NCBI GenBank assembly: GCA_050506795.1
Contig: JBJHCF010000007.1
Span: forward strand, 64,001 to 128,000
Length of the DNA stretch: 64,000 nucleotides
Source: Opitutia bacterium
GTDB taxonomy: Bacteria > Verrucomicrobiota > Verrucomicrobiia > Opitutales > T3Sed10-336
Direction: 5' to 3'
The notes beneath the pieces are model-generated. The model was not told the origin of the DNA. It did not search any database and saw only the letters and a program-made list of their open reading frames with translations. The position numbers were made by a program, and so were the translations under genes. Below are positions 1 through 9,746 of this stretch, piece by piece. Position 1 is the first letter of the stretch. Every line of letters begins with the position of its first letter.

Positions 1-728
1 AGGGGACCCAAATCATCAGGAACCTCAGCCTAACCGTTCCGCGCGGAGAAGTGCATGCCCTTATGGGACCGAACGGAACCGGAAAGAGCACACTGGCGAA
101 AGTACTTGCCGGCCACCCGGACTACGAAGTCACTTCCGGAGAGGTGCTCCTGGACGGGGAGAACATTCTCGATATGGAGGTGGATGAGCGCGCGCGCAGC
201 GGCCTTTTTATGGCGTTCCAATACCCCAGCGAGATTCCCGGGGTGAGCATCGCCAATTTCCTGCGCGCCGCCAGACAGGCCCGCCTCGAAGAGGGCGAGG
301 AACTCGACGCCGTCTCGTTTTACAAAACGCTTTACGAAAAGATGGACCTGCTGCAGATCGACCGGAAGTTTACGTCGCGGGCGGTCAACGAAGGCTTTTC
401 CGGCGGCGAAAAGAAACGGAATGAGATCCTGCAAATGGCGATGCTGGAGCCCAGTTACGCCATTATGGACGAGACCGACAGCGGCCTCGACATCGACGCC
501 CTGCGGATTGTTTCCGAAGGGGTCAACCGGCTGCGAGGTCCGAACCTGGGAGTCCTCCTCATCACCCATTACCAGCGAATCCTGGACTACATCGTACCCG
601 ACCACGTCCATGTCATGTGGAACGGCACCATCGTCAAAAGCGGCGGCAAAGAACTCGCCCGCGAGCTGGAGGAAAAAGGCTACGACTGGATCAAAGAAGC
701 TTTCGCCGAGCCCGCCGGCAAGGCCTGA
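1..728 (+). CDS. sufC: Fe-S cluster assembly ATPase SufC (5' truncated by window)
   Basis: Frame open from base 3; Walker [46 protein letters not shown]; upstream of sufB. Confidence 0.97.
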   Translation, partial: GTQIIRNLSLTVPRGEVHALMGPNGTGKSTLAKVLAGHPDYEVTSGEVLLDGENILDMEVDERARSGLFMAFQYPSEIPGVSIANFLRAARQARLEEGEELDAVSFYKTLYEKMDLLQIDRKFTSRAVNEGFSGGEKKRNEILQMAMLEPSYAIMDETDSGLDIDALRIVSEGVNRLRGPNLGVLLITHYQRILDYIVPDHVHVMWNGTIVKSGGKELARELEEKGYDWIKEAFAEPAGKA

Positions 729-767
729 GCGAGGGCGCTAACACCAATTACAAGAAGAGGCATTTCC

Positions 768-2180
768 ATGAGCACCACCAACACTCCCGAACTCGACATC
801 AAAACCGATATCGGGGATTTCGTTTATCCGGAAAAGCACAAGTACGACGCCGGTGTCGGTCTGTCTGAAGACACCATCAACTACATGTGCGAGGTCAAGG
901 ACGAGCCGGACTGGATCCGCGAGTTTCGTATGAAGGCCCTGAAAACCTTCCGCGAAAAACCGCTGCCCACGAACTGGGCCTCGAGGGACCTGGAGGCGAT
1001 CGACTTCGACAAAATCCGCTACTACCTGGCGGGCGACCGGAAGCCGAGTCGCAGTTGGGACGAAGTGCCGGACGATGTCAAAGCAACCTTTGAGCGTTTG
1101 GGGATCCCGGAAAACGAACGCAAGTTCCTCGCCGGCGTGGAGGCGCAATTCGACAGCGAGGCGGCCTACTCCAACATCAAGGAAATCGCCGCCAAGCAAG
1201 GAGTGATCTTTGTCGGCAGCACGGAGGGACTGAAGGAACACCCTGAGATCTTCCGCAAGTGGTTCGGCAAGGTGATTCCGACCGGAGACAACAAGTTCAG
1301 CGCCCTTAACAGCGCTGTCTTCAGCGGCGGCAGCTTCATCTACGTCCCGCCCGGAGTGAAAGTCAGTCACCCGCTCCAAGCCTACTTCCGTATCAATGCT
1401 CAGAATTTCGGTCAGTTCGAGCGAACTCTGATCATCGCCGACGAGGGCTCCGAGGTCACCTACATGGAGGGCTGCACGGCGCCCAAATTCGACACCGCAA
1501 CCCTTCATAGCGCGGTGGTGGAGTTGGTCGCGCTCAAGGGAGCCAAAATCCAATACATCACGGTCCAGAACTGGTCCGACAATGTCTTCAACCTCGTTAC
1601 CAAACGCGGACTGGCCGAGGAGGACGCAGAAATCCGCTGGATTGATTGCAACATCGGCTCACGCCTGACCATGAAATACCCCGGGGTGATTCTCAAGGGT
1701 CGCCGGGCACGGGGTGAGGTTCTCAGCATCGCCCTGGCCAATGACGGGCAGCACCAGGATACCGGAGCCAAGATGATTCACGCGGCGGATGAAACCACTA
1801 GTAACATCATCTCGAAAAGCATCAGTGTCGGGCAAGGGCGCGCCACCTACCGAGGTTTGGTAAACATGCCCAAACACCTGAAGGGCTGCAAGAACAACAC
1901 CGAGTGCGATGCCTTGCTGATTAACACCAATTCCCGCACGGACACCTATCCGGCGATCACCACGCGGGGCGACCACAACTCCGTCCAGCACGAGGCCAGC
2001 GTCAGCAAGGTGAGTGCCGACCAGATCTTTTATATGCAGCAACGCGGCATGACCGAAGGGCAGGCCATGAGCCTCAGCGTCAATGGCTTCATCAATGATC
2101 TGGCTCAGCATTTCCCCATGGAATACAGCGTTGAACTGAAACGCCTCATCGACCTTGAGATGGAAGGCTCGGTCGGCTGA
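768..2180 (+). CDS. sufB: Fe-S cluster assembly protein SufB
   Basis: [46 protein letters not shown]...LEMEGSVG. Confidence 0.97.
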   Translation: MSTTNTPELDIKTDIGDFVYPEKHKYDAGVGLSEDTINYMCEVKDEPDWIREFRMKALKTFREKPLPTNWASRDLEAIDFDKIRYYLAGDRKPSRSWDEVPDDVKATFERLGIPENERKFLAGVEAQFDSEAAYSNIKEIAAKQGVIFVGSTEGLKEHPEIFRKWFGKVIPTGDNKFSALNSAVFSGGSFIYVPPGVKVSHPLQAYFRINAQNFGQFERTLIIADEGSEVTYMEGCTAPKFDTATLHSAVVELVALKGAKIQYITVQNWSDNVFNLVTKRGLAEEDAEIRWIDCNIGSRLTMKYPGVILKGRRARGEVLSIALANDGQHQDTGAKMIHAADETTSNIISKSISVGQGRATYRGLVNMPKHLKGCKNNTECDALLINTNSRTDTYPAITTRGDHNSVQHEASVSKVSADQIFYMQQRGMTEGQAMSLSVNGFINDLAQHFPMEYSVELKRLIDLEMEGSVG

Positions 2181-2263
2181 CCGGCCACAACCGGAACCGC
2201 GGCCATCCGAAACCGTCCCGGTTGTGCCGCGCACGCGATTCACCTAAAACCGATTTACACGCC

Positions 2264-3607
2264 TTGAACACAAACACATTGTCTCGCACCAAAGAACTGA
2301 ACATTGCCAGCCAGGAAGCCTTCGACGCCCATCTGGCTTCAAGGGTCGACCTGCCGCAATGGTGGCTGGACCTGAAAAAAGAAAACTGGCAGCGTTTCCA
2401 GGAACTTCCGGCGCCACACCGCAAAGACGAAAACTGGCGTTTTGCCAGCCTCGGAGGGCTCGACCTGGACGGCTATTCGTTCAGTGAAACCCGACCGGAC
2501 AAAACCACGGCCGATTCGTTCGTCGATCGATCCGATCAGATCCGCCATCGCTCCGGGCGAATTGTTTTTGCCAACGACCACATGATCCGTCACGACGCGA
2601 TCGCGTCAGAACTCGCCGAACTCGGTGTGATCTGGATGCCCATCGAGCAGGCCGTGCGCGAACACGGGGACCTCCTGCGACGCCACTTCATGGCCCAACC
2701 GATTAAGCTCGGTTCGGAAAAGTTTTCCGCCCTCCACGGAGCGTTTTGCTCAGCCGGAACCTTCCTCCACGTTCCCAAAGGTGTCGAAATCGAAGCCCCC
2801 CTTGTCGCCTCCCACTGGACCGCGGCCGACGGCGTTGCCGTTTTCCCTCACACGCTCCTGATCGCGGACGAGCACAGCAAGGTCACTCTGGTCGACTATT
2901 TTTCCGCCCAGGATTCCTCCGCACGCAACTACATCTGTGGAGTCAACGACCTCTATGCCGGTCCGGGAGCGAAGGTAACCTACATTTCGGCGCAGGATTG
3001 GGGTCGCCAGAGCCTGGCGTTTCACCTGAACTCAACCCAAGCCTTCAGAGACGCCTTCATCACCTCGCTGAATGTCAATACGGGAGGCCGGCAGGCGCGC
3101 ACCGAAAGCCACAGTCAGGTAATGGGCGAAGGCGCTCACACGGAAATGCAGTCATTAACGGTCGCCACCGGAAAACAGGAATTCGACCAGCGGACCCTGC
3201 AAACCCACTTTAAAGGGCATTCGGTTTCGGACCTGCTCTACAAGAACGCGCTGTTCGACGACGCTCGAACCATCTTCTCCGGCTTGATTAAGGTGGAAGA
3301 GGATGCGCAACAAACCGATGCCTACCAGACAAATCGCAATCTCCTACTCAGCACCTCGGCCGAAGCCAACGCCCTGCCCGGTTTGGAAATTCTGGCAAAT
3401 GACGTCAAATGCAGTCATGGCGCCACCTCCGGTCAAATAGACGACAATCAGCTTTACTACCTCAAGGCACGTGGAATTTCCGACAAGGTCGCCAAGGAGC
3501 TTTTGGTTTTTGGTTTCTTCGACGATGTTCTCGGAAAACTGAAAAACGAAGAAATTGCCGAAAATCTTAGAACCGTAATCCGTGAACATGTCTCCCGGAT
3601 TCCCTGA
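2264..3607 (+). CDS. sufD: Fe-S cluster assembly protein SufD (start uncertain, 2222-2279)
   Basis: [44 protein letters not shown]; suf operon position. Confidence 0.95.
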   Translation: MNTNTLSRTKELNIASQEAFDAHLASRVDLPQWWLDLKKENWQRFQELPAPHRKDENWRFASLGGLDLDGYSFSETRPDKTTADSFVDRSDQIRHRSGRIVFANDHMIRHDAIASELAELGVIWMPIEQAVREHGDLLRRHFMAQPIKLGSEKFSALHGAFCSAGTFLHVPKGVEIEAPLVASHWTAADGVAVFPHTLLIADEHSKVTLVDYFSAQDSSARNYICGVNDLYAGPGAKVTYISAQDWGRQSLAFHLNSTQAFRDAFITSLNVNTGGRQARTESHSQVMGEGAHTEMQSLTVATGKQEFDQRTLQTHFKGHSVSDLLYKNALFDDARTIFSGLIKVEEDAQQTDAYQTNRNLLLSTSAEANALPGLEILANDVKCSHGATSGQIDDNQLYYLKARGISDKVAKELLVFGFFDDVLGKLKNEEIAENLRTVIREHVSRIP

Positions 3608-3617
3608 AAGACGGACC

Positions 3618-4169
3618 ATGGAAGATCAGAATCGCCGAATCTTAAGTCGAGACTGCGAAGCGGTACTTATTCCCGGCGGGGAATCCGTATCCCTTCCCAA
3701 GGAAACCACCGTTATCATCAGCCAGGTGCTTGGAGGGAGTTACACCGTGATGACTCCTCACGGCCTTGCGCGCATCAGCGGTGAGAACGCCGACGCTCTC
3801 GGCGAGGAGCCACAGCCGTTTATGGCTGCTCCGGCCGCAACCGAGCACGATGGACCACCGAGCGAAGAGGCGCTCTGGGAGCAACTTCGAAACGTCTATG
3901 ACCCGGAAATTCCGGTAAACATTGTGGACCTCGGTTTGGTGTATTCCTGTGAAGTTAGCGAAACCGGTCCCGATTTCCATCGGGTTGACGTTAAAATGAC
4001 CCTCACTGCGCCCGGTTGCGGAATGGGCCCGGCAATCGCCGCCGACGCCAAGGCCAAGGTATTGAGCGTGCCCGGCGTGAAAGACGCGGAAGTCGAAATC
4101 GTCTGGGATCCTCCCTGGAATCAGGAAATGATTACCGAAGAAGGGAAAATGAAGCTCGGACTGATCTAA
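3618..4169 (+). CDS. sufT: Putative Fe-S cluster assembly protein SufT (DUF59)
   Basis: [50 protein letters not shown]. Confidence 0.92.
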   Translation: MEDQNRRILSRDCEAVLIPGGESVSLPKETTVIISQVLGGSYTVMTPHGLARISGENADALGEEPQPFMAAPAATEHDGPPSEEALWEQLRNVYDPEIPVNIVDLGLVYSCEVSETGPDFHRVDVKMTLTAPGCGMGPAIAADAKAKVLSVPGVKDAEVEIVWDPPWNQEMITEEGKMKLGLI

Positions 4170-4170
4170 C

Positions 4171-4296
4171 CCGGATTCCGGCGACCGCCTATCGGCATTC
4201 CCAATGGCACTGTGAAGCCTAAAAGGCCCTACCTGGCAATATCCGTTGGGGTCAAGATGTCCTGAGGTTCCCCGATAAAGCCGATCAGCCAAACGG
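4171..4296 (-). ncRNA. Candidate structured ncRNA (rod-like hairpin with internal bubble; possibly 6S RNA)
   Basis: Minus-strand ends pair (ggctgatcggctttatcgg / ccgataggcggtcgcc), inner stem cccaacggatattg / cagtgccattggg, apical gggcct-ttt-aggctt; G-U pairs favour the minus strand. Confidence 0.45.
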
Positions 4297-4381
4297 TCTT
4301 TGTGAAATCAGCAATAGATCTATCTTTTCCTCTTGCCTGCATTGATTCCGCCCATTTTAATTATCCTTTTTCCCGAGACAC

Positions 4382-4582
4382 ATGGAGAACGAAACCAATC
4401 ACAATCAGCAATCCAGCCGCAGCCCGTCGGAGATCCCTTTCACCGACCGTGAGGCACTGGCTCAATATGTTACCGATACCGGCAAGATCCTTCCTCGCCG
4501 TATCACTCAGCTTTCCGCCAAGGAACAGCGCCAGGTTACCCGCATGATTAAAAGGGCACGCAACGCCCTGCTCATGAAGTAG
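4382..4582 (+). CDS. rpsR: 30S ribosomal protein S18 (Cys-less form)
   Basis: [32 protein letters not shown]. Confidence 0.95.
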   Translation: MENETNHNQQSSRSPSEIPFTDREALAQYVTDTGKILPRRITQLSAKEQRQVTRMIKRARNALLMK

Positions 4583-4603
4583 TTTCACCTTCCTGGACTT
4601 ACT

Positions 4604-4638
4604 AAAAGCGCGCGGCAATCTCCGTGCGCTTTTTTTTT
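4604..4638 (+). terminator. Intrinsic terminator of rpsR (possibly bidirectional)
   Basis: aaaagcgcgcgg-caatct-ccgtgcgc followed by T9. Confidence 0.85.
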
Positions 4639-4720
4639 GGCCCCATTTATCCGATTTCAAAAGATTAAGGGACCGCCACGGACCGGTTCGCTCCACAACT
4701 CCTTTTTTCGGTAAGCCAAG

Positions 4721-4736
4721 GCGAAACCGGTGCCAA
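4721..4736 (-). promoter_or_regulatory. Putative sigma54 -24/-12 promoter
   Basis: Minus strand TTGGCACCGGTTTCGC (TGGCAC; GG-N10-GC). Confidence 0.45.
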
Positions 4737-4750
4737 TCCGCAACCCAAGC

Positions 4751-4785
4751 AAAAGGGCGGGACTCTCCTAAGAATCCCGCCCTTT
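4751..4785 (-). terminator. Intrinsic terminator after wzc
   Basis: aaagggcggga...tcccgcccttt stem with T-tract on minus strand. Confidence 0.75.
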
Positions 4786-4825
4786 GCAGATTAACTGTCC
4801 GGATCGCGCGAGGGCGAAGTGGAGC

Positions 4826-7081
4826 TTACGACTTCTCCGCCGGAGCCGTCATCGCACCCGGATTCGGCTTTCTCACGCCGTCTTTGACGAAGTAATAATC
4901 CCGATAGGACTTATCGTAGTACTGAGCGTAGTAGTAGCCCCCGACCGAAATATTGAGATGATTCAATACCGCACCGAACACCGGAGTCTCGGAGGACATC
5001 AGGCGGCGGACGTTGTACTTGGCCGCACGTCTCCGAACTTTGTTGAATTTCAAGGTAAACAACGCTCCATCAGTGTGCTGGAGAATGATCAGAGCATCAC
5101 TTACCGCAGCCAAAGGAGGTGTATCGATGATGACCCTCGTATAGCGCTTGCGCAGCTCGGCAATCATGTTTTCGAAAGCCACGCTATTGATGGTTTGCGT
5201 CGGATTCTTTGCCTTACCTCCGGTGGAGAGGATGTCGAAGTTCGGATGGACGTCTTTGTGTATGATGTCGTCCAGGCTCAAGTTCTCATGACAATAGGAA
5301 ATAACTCCCTTGTCATTCTTCAACTTATGAGATTTGTGAACGCTCGGCATACGAAGGTCACAGTCCACCAAAATAGTCTTCTCTCCATTGACCGCATAGG
5401 TCAGTGCCAGGTTGGAACTCACGAAGGATTTACCTTCACCCGGAATGCTACTGGTGATCATGACACACTGAGCCAGGTTGCTTTGCTTCCCTAGCTTCAG
5501 GCTCGAATGGAGAGATCGGAATGATTCGACCACATGTCGATCAGTGCCCGTGAACGCGATCTTCACTTTATCCTCGGGCTTGAGCTTCTTCACTTCAGGC
5601 ATGATGCCGAGAAGCGGCAGACCGATGATCGACTCGATATCAAACGCACTCTTCACTCGGTCATCGAGGAAGGCCACTACAAACGCCACCCCAATTCCCA
5701 AACCGAGTCCACCAAGCAAGCCAAACCCCAGATTAAGGGGGATGTTCGGCGTAACCGGACGTAGGGATGCGGACGCTTCATCCAGGGGGCGGGCCGTAAC
5801 CGAGTCGATCGAACTGCTCAAGGTGGTTTCACGCATCCGGCGCACCAGGTACTGATACAGGAACTCATCCACCTCGGTCTCCCGCGAGATTGAATCATAC
5901 TCGACCCGGAGATCGCTCAGGCGCTTAATCTCATCTGTTTGTTCCGCCAGTTGGTCCTGAATATCCTCAAAGGAACGACGAGCGGCAATGTAATCCGATT
6001 CGATCTTGGCGACCGCCATCTCGACAGCCTCGTTTAAGGCCATTTCGGTCTGATTCAGCGATTCCATCAAATCCCGCATGGTCGGATGTAACTCGCGGTA
6101 CCGCCCCGCCAAGCGCCGCTGCTGAATCTGCAGTTGGGTGTAATCCGACAAAAGCCCGCTGACTTGTGGCTGGTCGGCAATAAATCGTATGTTCGTGAGG
6201 GGACGCTCTTCCTCGCGGTAACGCTGAATCAATTCCCAGCGAGTCTGGGCCAGACGCAAGTCTTGACGCGCATCAACTTCGCGCATGTTCAAAGCGGTCA
6301 ATTTCTGCAACGCGATATCCGCACGGCGATCCACCGACACCGAGCCCGTTTCCGCAATGTACTGCTGGCGAACACGTTGGCTTTGCTCAAGGCGATTTCG
6401 CTGCTCATCCGCCCGAATCCTCAGTTCATCCACCGCCAGCATCGACTCATCCATCCTCACGCCAAGATTGTAGGAGATGTATTCCTGCACAAAATAGTTG
6501 GCGATCAACATGGCGACGTCCCGGTCGGGATGCCGAAAACGGATCTCCACCACAAGGTTCATCCGTCCCGGCACAATCTGCCGATTCTCGAACAACAACT
6601 GCTCCAGCCCGACAAACCGTCCCGTCGCTTCCGGTTCTTCGAACGGCTGCATGAAGCGGTTGTGCTCGGCGTCGTTCATTCGCAGCCGGCTGGCCACTCC
6701 CTTGATGAGGGTTGCGCTTTCCAGAATACGGATCTGGGTATTAAAATCCTCCTGGGAACGAATCTCCTGGGGCATGACCTGCTCAACCTGCATCACGGTG
6801 GCATCCTGCCGGAGCAGCTGAACGGTCGCCCGGGCTTCGTAGATTTCCGTGCGGGTGAGCGTGTAAATCAGCACACCGGAGAAAAACAGCAGGAAAACCA
6901 CCAGAATGTACCAGAACCGCTCGCGAAAGATCAGGAGATAGTCCTTGAGACCACGCTGCGGGCTCTCGTCCTGGTGCTCGCCATAGTAGGAGGTGTTGTC
7001 GGGATAATAACCATACCCATAGCCGTAACCGGCAGTGGGCTTGTTATGTTGGTGATCTCTGGGAGTTGGATTCTCGGACAT
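4826..7081 (-). CDS. Polysaccharide co-polymerase / BY-kinase (Wzc/GumC family)
   Basis: Two TM segments flanking periplasmic coiled coil; ESFRSL, ITSSIPGEGKS, LVDCDLRMP, IIDTPP; C-terminal Tyr cluster. Confidence 0.95.
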   Translation of the reverse strand: MSENPTPRDHQHNKPTAGYGYGYGYYPDNTSYYGEHQDESPQRGLKDYLLIFRERFWYILVVFLLFFSGVLIYTLTRTEIYEARATVQLLRQDATVMQVEQVMPQEIRSQEDFNTQIRILESATLIKGVASRLRMNDAEHNRFMQPFEEPEATGRFVGLEQLLFENRQIVPGRMNLVVEIRFRHPDRDVAMLIANYFVQEYISYNLGVRMDESMLAVDELRIRADEQRNRLEQSQRVRQQYIAETGSVSVDRRADIALQKLTALNMREVDARQDLRLAQTRWELIQRYREEERPLTNIRFIADQPQVSGLLSDYTQLQIQQRRLAGRYRELHPTMRDLMESLNQTEMALNEAVEMAVAKIESDYIAARRSFEDIQDQLAEQTDEIKRLSDLRVEYDSISRETEVDEFLYQYLVRRMRETTLSSSIDSVTARPLDEASASLRPVTPNIPLNLGFGLLGGLGLGIGVAFVVAFLDDRVKSAFDIESIIGLPLLGIMPEVKKLKPEDKVKIAFTGTDRHVVESFRSLHSSLKLGKQSNLAQCVMITSSIPGEGKSFVSSNLALTYAVNGEKTILVDCDLRMPSVHKSHKLKNDKGVISYCHENLSLDDIIHKDVHPNFDILSTGGKAKNPTQTINSVAFENMIAELRKRYTRVIIDTPPLAAVSDALIILQHTDGALFTLKFNKVRRRAAKYNVRRLMSSETPVFGAVLNHLNISVGGYYYAQYYDKSYRDYYFVKDGVRKPNPGAMTAPAEKS

Positions 7082-7092
7082 CGTGATAAACT

Positions 7093-7713
7093 TTAAAAAA
7101 CTCGTTGAGGCACGTGAATCACGTCGTCGCGCTGTAGCTCCCAGACGTAACTCGTATTCCCTTGTATAATTTCTTCCGCATCAATAGTATAACGATCGCG
7201 GGTTCCGTCTGGATTCGTGCGAGTGAGAATCACTCGACGCGTGTTGGCGCCACGCTGGAAACCGCCGGCTCCGGATATGGCATCAATCAAAGTCATGGAT
7301 TCCTCCGGTGGAAAGACCACAAAACCCTCCCGGTTGACATGACCCAGAACGCTGACACGCCGCTGAGAGTATTCCAGCACCGAAAGGTTAATCTGTGGAT
7401 TAACCAGATAATCCCGGTCGTAGAGCTCCGTCAGGAGTTGCTGGGCCTCGGAAACGGTCTTGCCTTTGACCTCCACAGATCCAACCAGGGGCAGTCTAAT
7501 GCTTCCCGCCTGTGAAACTCTGACCTCTCGGTTAAGGTCGTCCTCACGAAAGACCTGAAAACGCAACAGGTCTGACGGTGCGATGACGTAATCCTGCAGG
7601 TTAACCGGCGCCGACTCGGACGCGGAAACCGCCGGAAGGCTATCCTCGGCGGTTAACGACAGGCTCAAAGCCATAGTGAAGATTGATACGAAGCCAACAA
7701 TACGTTTGATCAT
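7093..7713 (-). CDS. Polysaccharide export protein (Wza/GumB; Poly_export + SLBB)
   Basis: Signal peptide; YVIAPSDLLRFQVF, GSIRLPLVG, VSVLGHV, LIDAISGAGGF, LQRDDVIHVP. Confidence 0.93.
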   Translation of the reverse strand: MIKRIVGFVSIFTMALSLSLTAEDSLPAVSASESAPVNLQDYVIAPSDLLRFQVFREDDLNREVRVSQAGSIRLPLVGSVEVKGKTVSEAQQLLTELYDRDYLVNPQINLSVLEYSQRRVSVLGHVNREGFVVFPPEESMTLIDAISGAGGFQRGANTRRVILTRTNPDGTRDRYTIDAEEIIQGNTSYVWELQRDDVIHVPQRVF

Positions 7714-7806
7714 GAGTACGGAACCTTGACCTAAGGTGAACGGAAATTAAATCTGCGCCGCCACCCCACGGGAGCGGGGCACCGGCGCTAACAAACACCC
7801 CAAATT

Positions 7807-8988
7807 TTAATATCTAAGGGACGCGGTCAACTGAAAAATGTTCCGATCCAAATCAACCGACTGAATATTGGAGTCGTTGTTGGTATAGATATAAGCCGCC
7901 GAGAGATCAACATACTCGTTGGGGGCATAACTCACGCCGAGATCGCCGGTAAAGGTCTTGTCGTGCCGGGCGCTGTCGCGGTAGCGCGAATCCTCGTAAA
8001 AGAGGCCGGCCGATCCGGTAACCAGGTCCGTCAGGAGATACGTTACGCGCGGTCCGCCGCCAGTGCTTTCAATGGTGTGGCCGCGAGCACTGTACCGCAG
8101 ATCACGAGATCCGGTAATGCTCACATTGAGGCGCTCGGTAGCATCCCAAACGGCTTGTCCCTGAGCGGCGAAACCGCTCCGCGAATCGAGACCGCTCTGT
8201 TTGAAATTCCGCTCCTGGTAACCAAGCCGAACAGAGCCGGAAACGTTGGGCGTCACCTCGCCGCGGGCTCCGACGTTGATGAAATGATCCTGTGAATCGC
8301 GGCCGGTACCGGTGGTATTGTTGTCGCGAAAACGGTATCCGAGGCTGAGATCAACCCGGGGCGTCCAATTGTAATAAAGGTCGAGAGGTACCGCGATCGT
8401 TTCCACATCGCGGAACTGGCGGTTCTTGAAATTGGTTTCCTGGTAGGAAATCCCAGCCCCGACATCAAAGAGCTCGGTCAGATCATACTCTCCGTTCAGC
8501 GCGACTCGGTACACGTCGCGCTCCACCACGACACCGTCCTGCGACACAAAATCAAACGCATTCTGGGTCAGGCGGCGATAGGAAGCGTCGAAATCGGCTA
8601 CCAGGCGGTTGTAGGCGTAGGCCGCATTCAGGAAAACGTTGGACCCGTTCGTGTTAAGCTCACTCGCATCGGTGTAGCGATAAATGTCCTCGCGGTAATA
8701 AGCACTGAAATTCCAGATGGCATCGGCACCGCCGTAGGTGAATTCAACGCCGGGCGAAAAAATGAACAAAATATCCGACTCTTCGTTGTTGGCGTTGAGG
8801 TAAACGTTGTCGTCGTAACGAGCCGTGACACTGCCGTTAAAGTAAAGCGATGCACGTTCGCCGATCGTAATCAACGGTGCCGCGCTGGCCGAAACTCCTA
8901 CGAGGAGAGTGGCCGCCGCAGCCGCAATTGCAGTTCGGGACGGACATAGCGAGCGGGAAGTGGACTTCATGGATCTGATAGTTCTCAA
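7807..8988 (-). CDS. Outer-membrane beta-barrel protein of EPS locus
   Basis: Signal peptide, YDDNV motif, amphipathic beta strands, C-terminal aromatic (LTASLRY); adjacent to wza/wzc. Confidence 0.85.
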   Translation of the reverse strand: MRTIRSMKSTSRSLCPSRTAIAAAAATLLVGVSASAAPLITIGERASLYFNGSVTARYDDNVYLNANNEESDILFIFSPGVEFTYGGADAIWNFSAYYREDIYRYTDASELNTNGSNVFLNAAYAYNRLVADFDASYRRLTQNAFDFVSQDGVVVERDVYRVALNGEYDLTELFDVGAGISYQETNFKNRQFRDVETIAVPLDLYYNWTPRVDLSLGYRFRDNNTTGTGRDSQDHFINVGARGEVTPNVSGSVRLGYQERNFKQSGLDSRSGFAAQGQAVWDATERLNVSITGSRDLRYSARGHTIESTGGGPRVTYLLTDLVTGSAGLFYEDSRYRDSARHDKTFTGDLGVSYAPNEYVDLSAAYIYTNNDSNIQSVDLDRNIFQLTASLRY

Positions 8989-9024
8989 AAGGTTAGATCT
9001 CTTAGCGGGTTAGGTTTGGGTCGC

Positions 9025-9064
9025 AAAAACCCGGAGGAGCCTCGTGGAACGGTACTCCTCCGGG
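9025..9064 (-). terminator. Intrinsic terminator after Ala-rich protein gene
   Basis: cccggaggag...ctcctccggg 10-bp stem plus T5 on minus strand. Confidence 0.75.
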
Positions 9065-9080
9065 AATCAATCCTAAAGCC

Positions 9081-9569
9081 TCACTGGGCCGGGCTGATGA
9101 TGGAAGCGTCAATCGCCACTCCGGGAGTCGGAGCGTAGGGCGCGGCCCGCGGAGGAACGCCAGGTCTACGCACCGGAGCGGTAAGTCCATCCTGAGCGCC
9201 GGCTTCGATAGCGGCCACCTGATCGGGAGCCGCTGCACTCGCGGCGCTTATGATGCTGTCTACGGCACCGGGGTTCGCGGCCACCGCGAGACGAACGATC
9301 TCACGCACGTTGGCGGCGGATTTGTCTTCAAGACCGGCGATGGCGCTACCGGCGATCCTATCAGCCTCTTCCGGGAAAGCGGCGAGGGCCGCCTCGACGA
9401 TTTCATTGGCCTGTTCGGGATTGTCCGCCACGGCCATAGCCACGATGGACTCCAAATCGTCCGGATTGGCTTCGATTTCCGCCACTAGATCGGCAGTGTC
9501 GACCTGGGCAAATGCCACTGAACAAGCGGCAACTGCGATTAAAGTAATCAGGGACTTAAGGTAGTGCAT
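9081..9569 (-). CDS. Secreted Ala-rich helical-repeat protein, unknown function
   Basis: SD GGAGG before ATG 9569; signal peptide ending AFA-Q; ~15-aa repeats; Pro-rich tail ending IISPAQ. Confidence 0.8.
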   Translation of the reverse strand: MHYLKSLITLIAVAACSVAFAQVDTADLVAEIEANPDDLESIVAMAVADNPEQANEIVEAALAAFPEEADRIAGSAIAGLEDKSAANVREIVRLAVAANPGAVDSIISAASAAAPDQVAAIEAGAQDGLTAPVRRPGVPPRAAPYAPTPGVAIDASIISPAQ

Positions 9570-9746
9570 AATTTCCTCCGGTGTTTTCAGTTTAAAAGAG
9601 ATTTGGCAGCATCGTAAGTTGCTTAGAGCAAAGCGCAAGGGAAAAAAATTGTGCTGATCATTTTTTTTAGCGGCTTCTTTCCTTGCCTCAACGATGGGGA
9701 TCATGCTTATTTATTGCTTTGGCTGTCAACCTTTTTTCCATCCTCC

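Noticed and set aside
4171..4296. SRP RNA
   Set aside because: Lacks the domain IV GNRA tetraloop and CAGG/AGCA internal loop
4361..4696. 111-aa minus-strand ORF
   Set aside because: Runs through a terminator and antisense across rpsR; SD spacing too short
9603..9623. TTGGCA...TTGC as sigma54 promoter
   Set aside because: GG-to-GC spacing is longer than the required 10 nt
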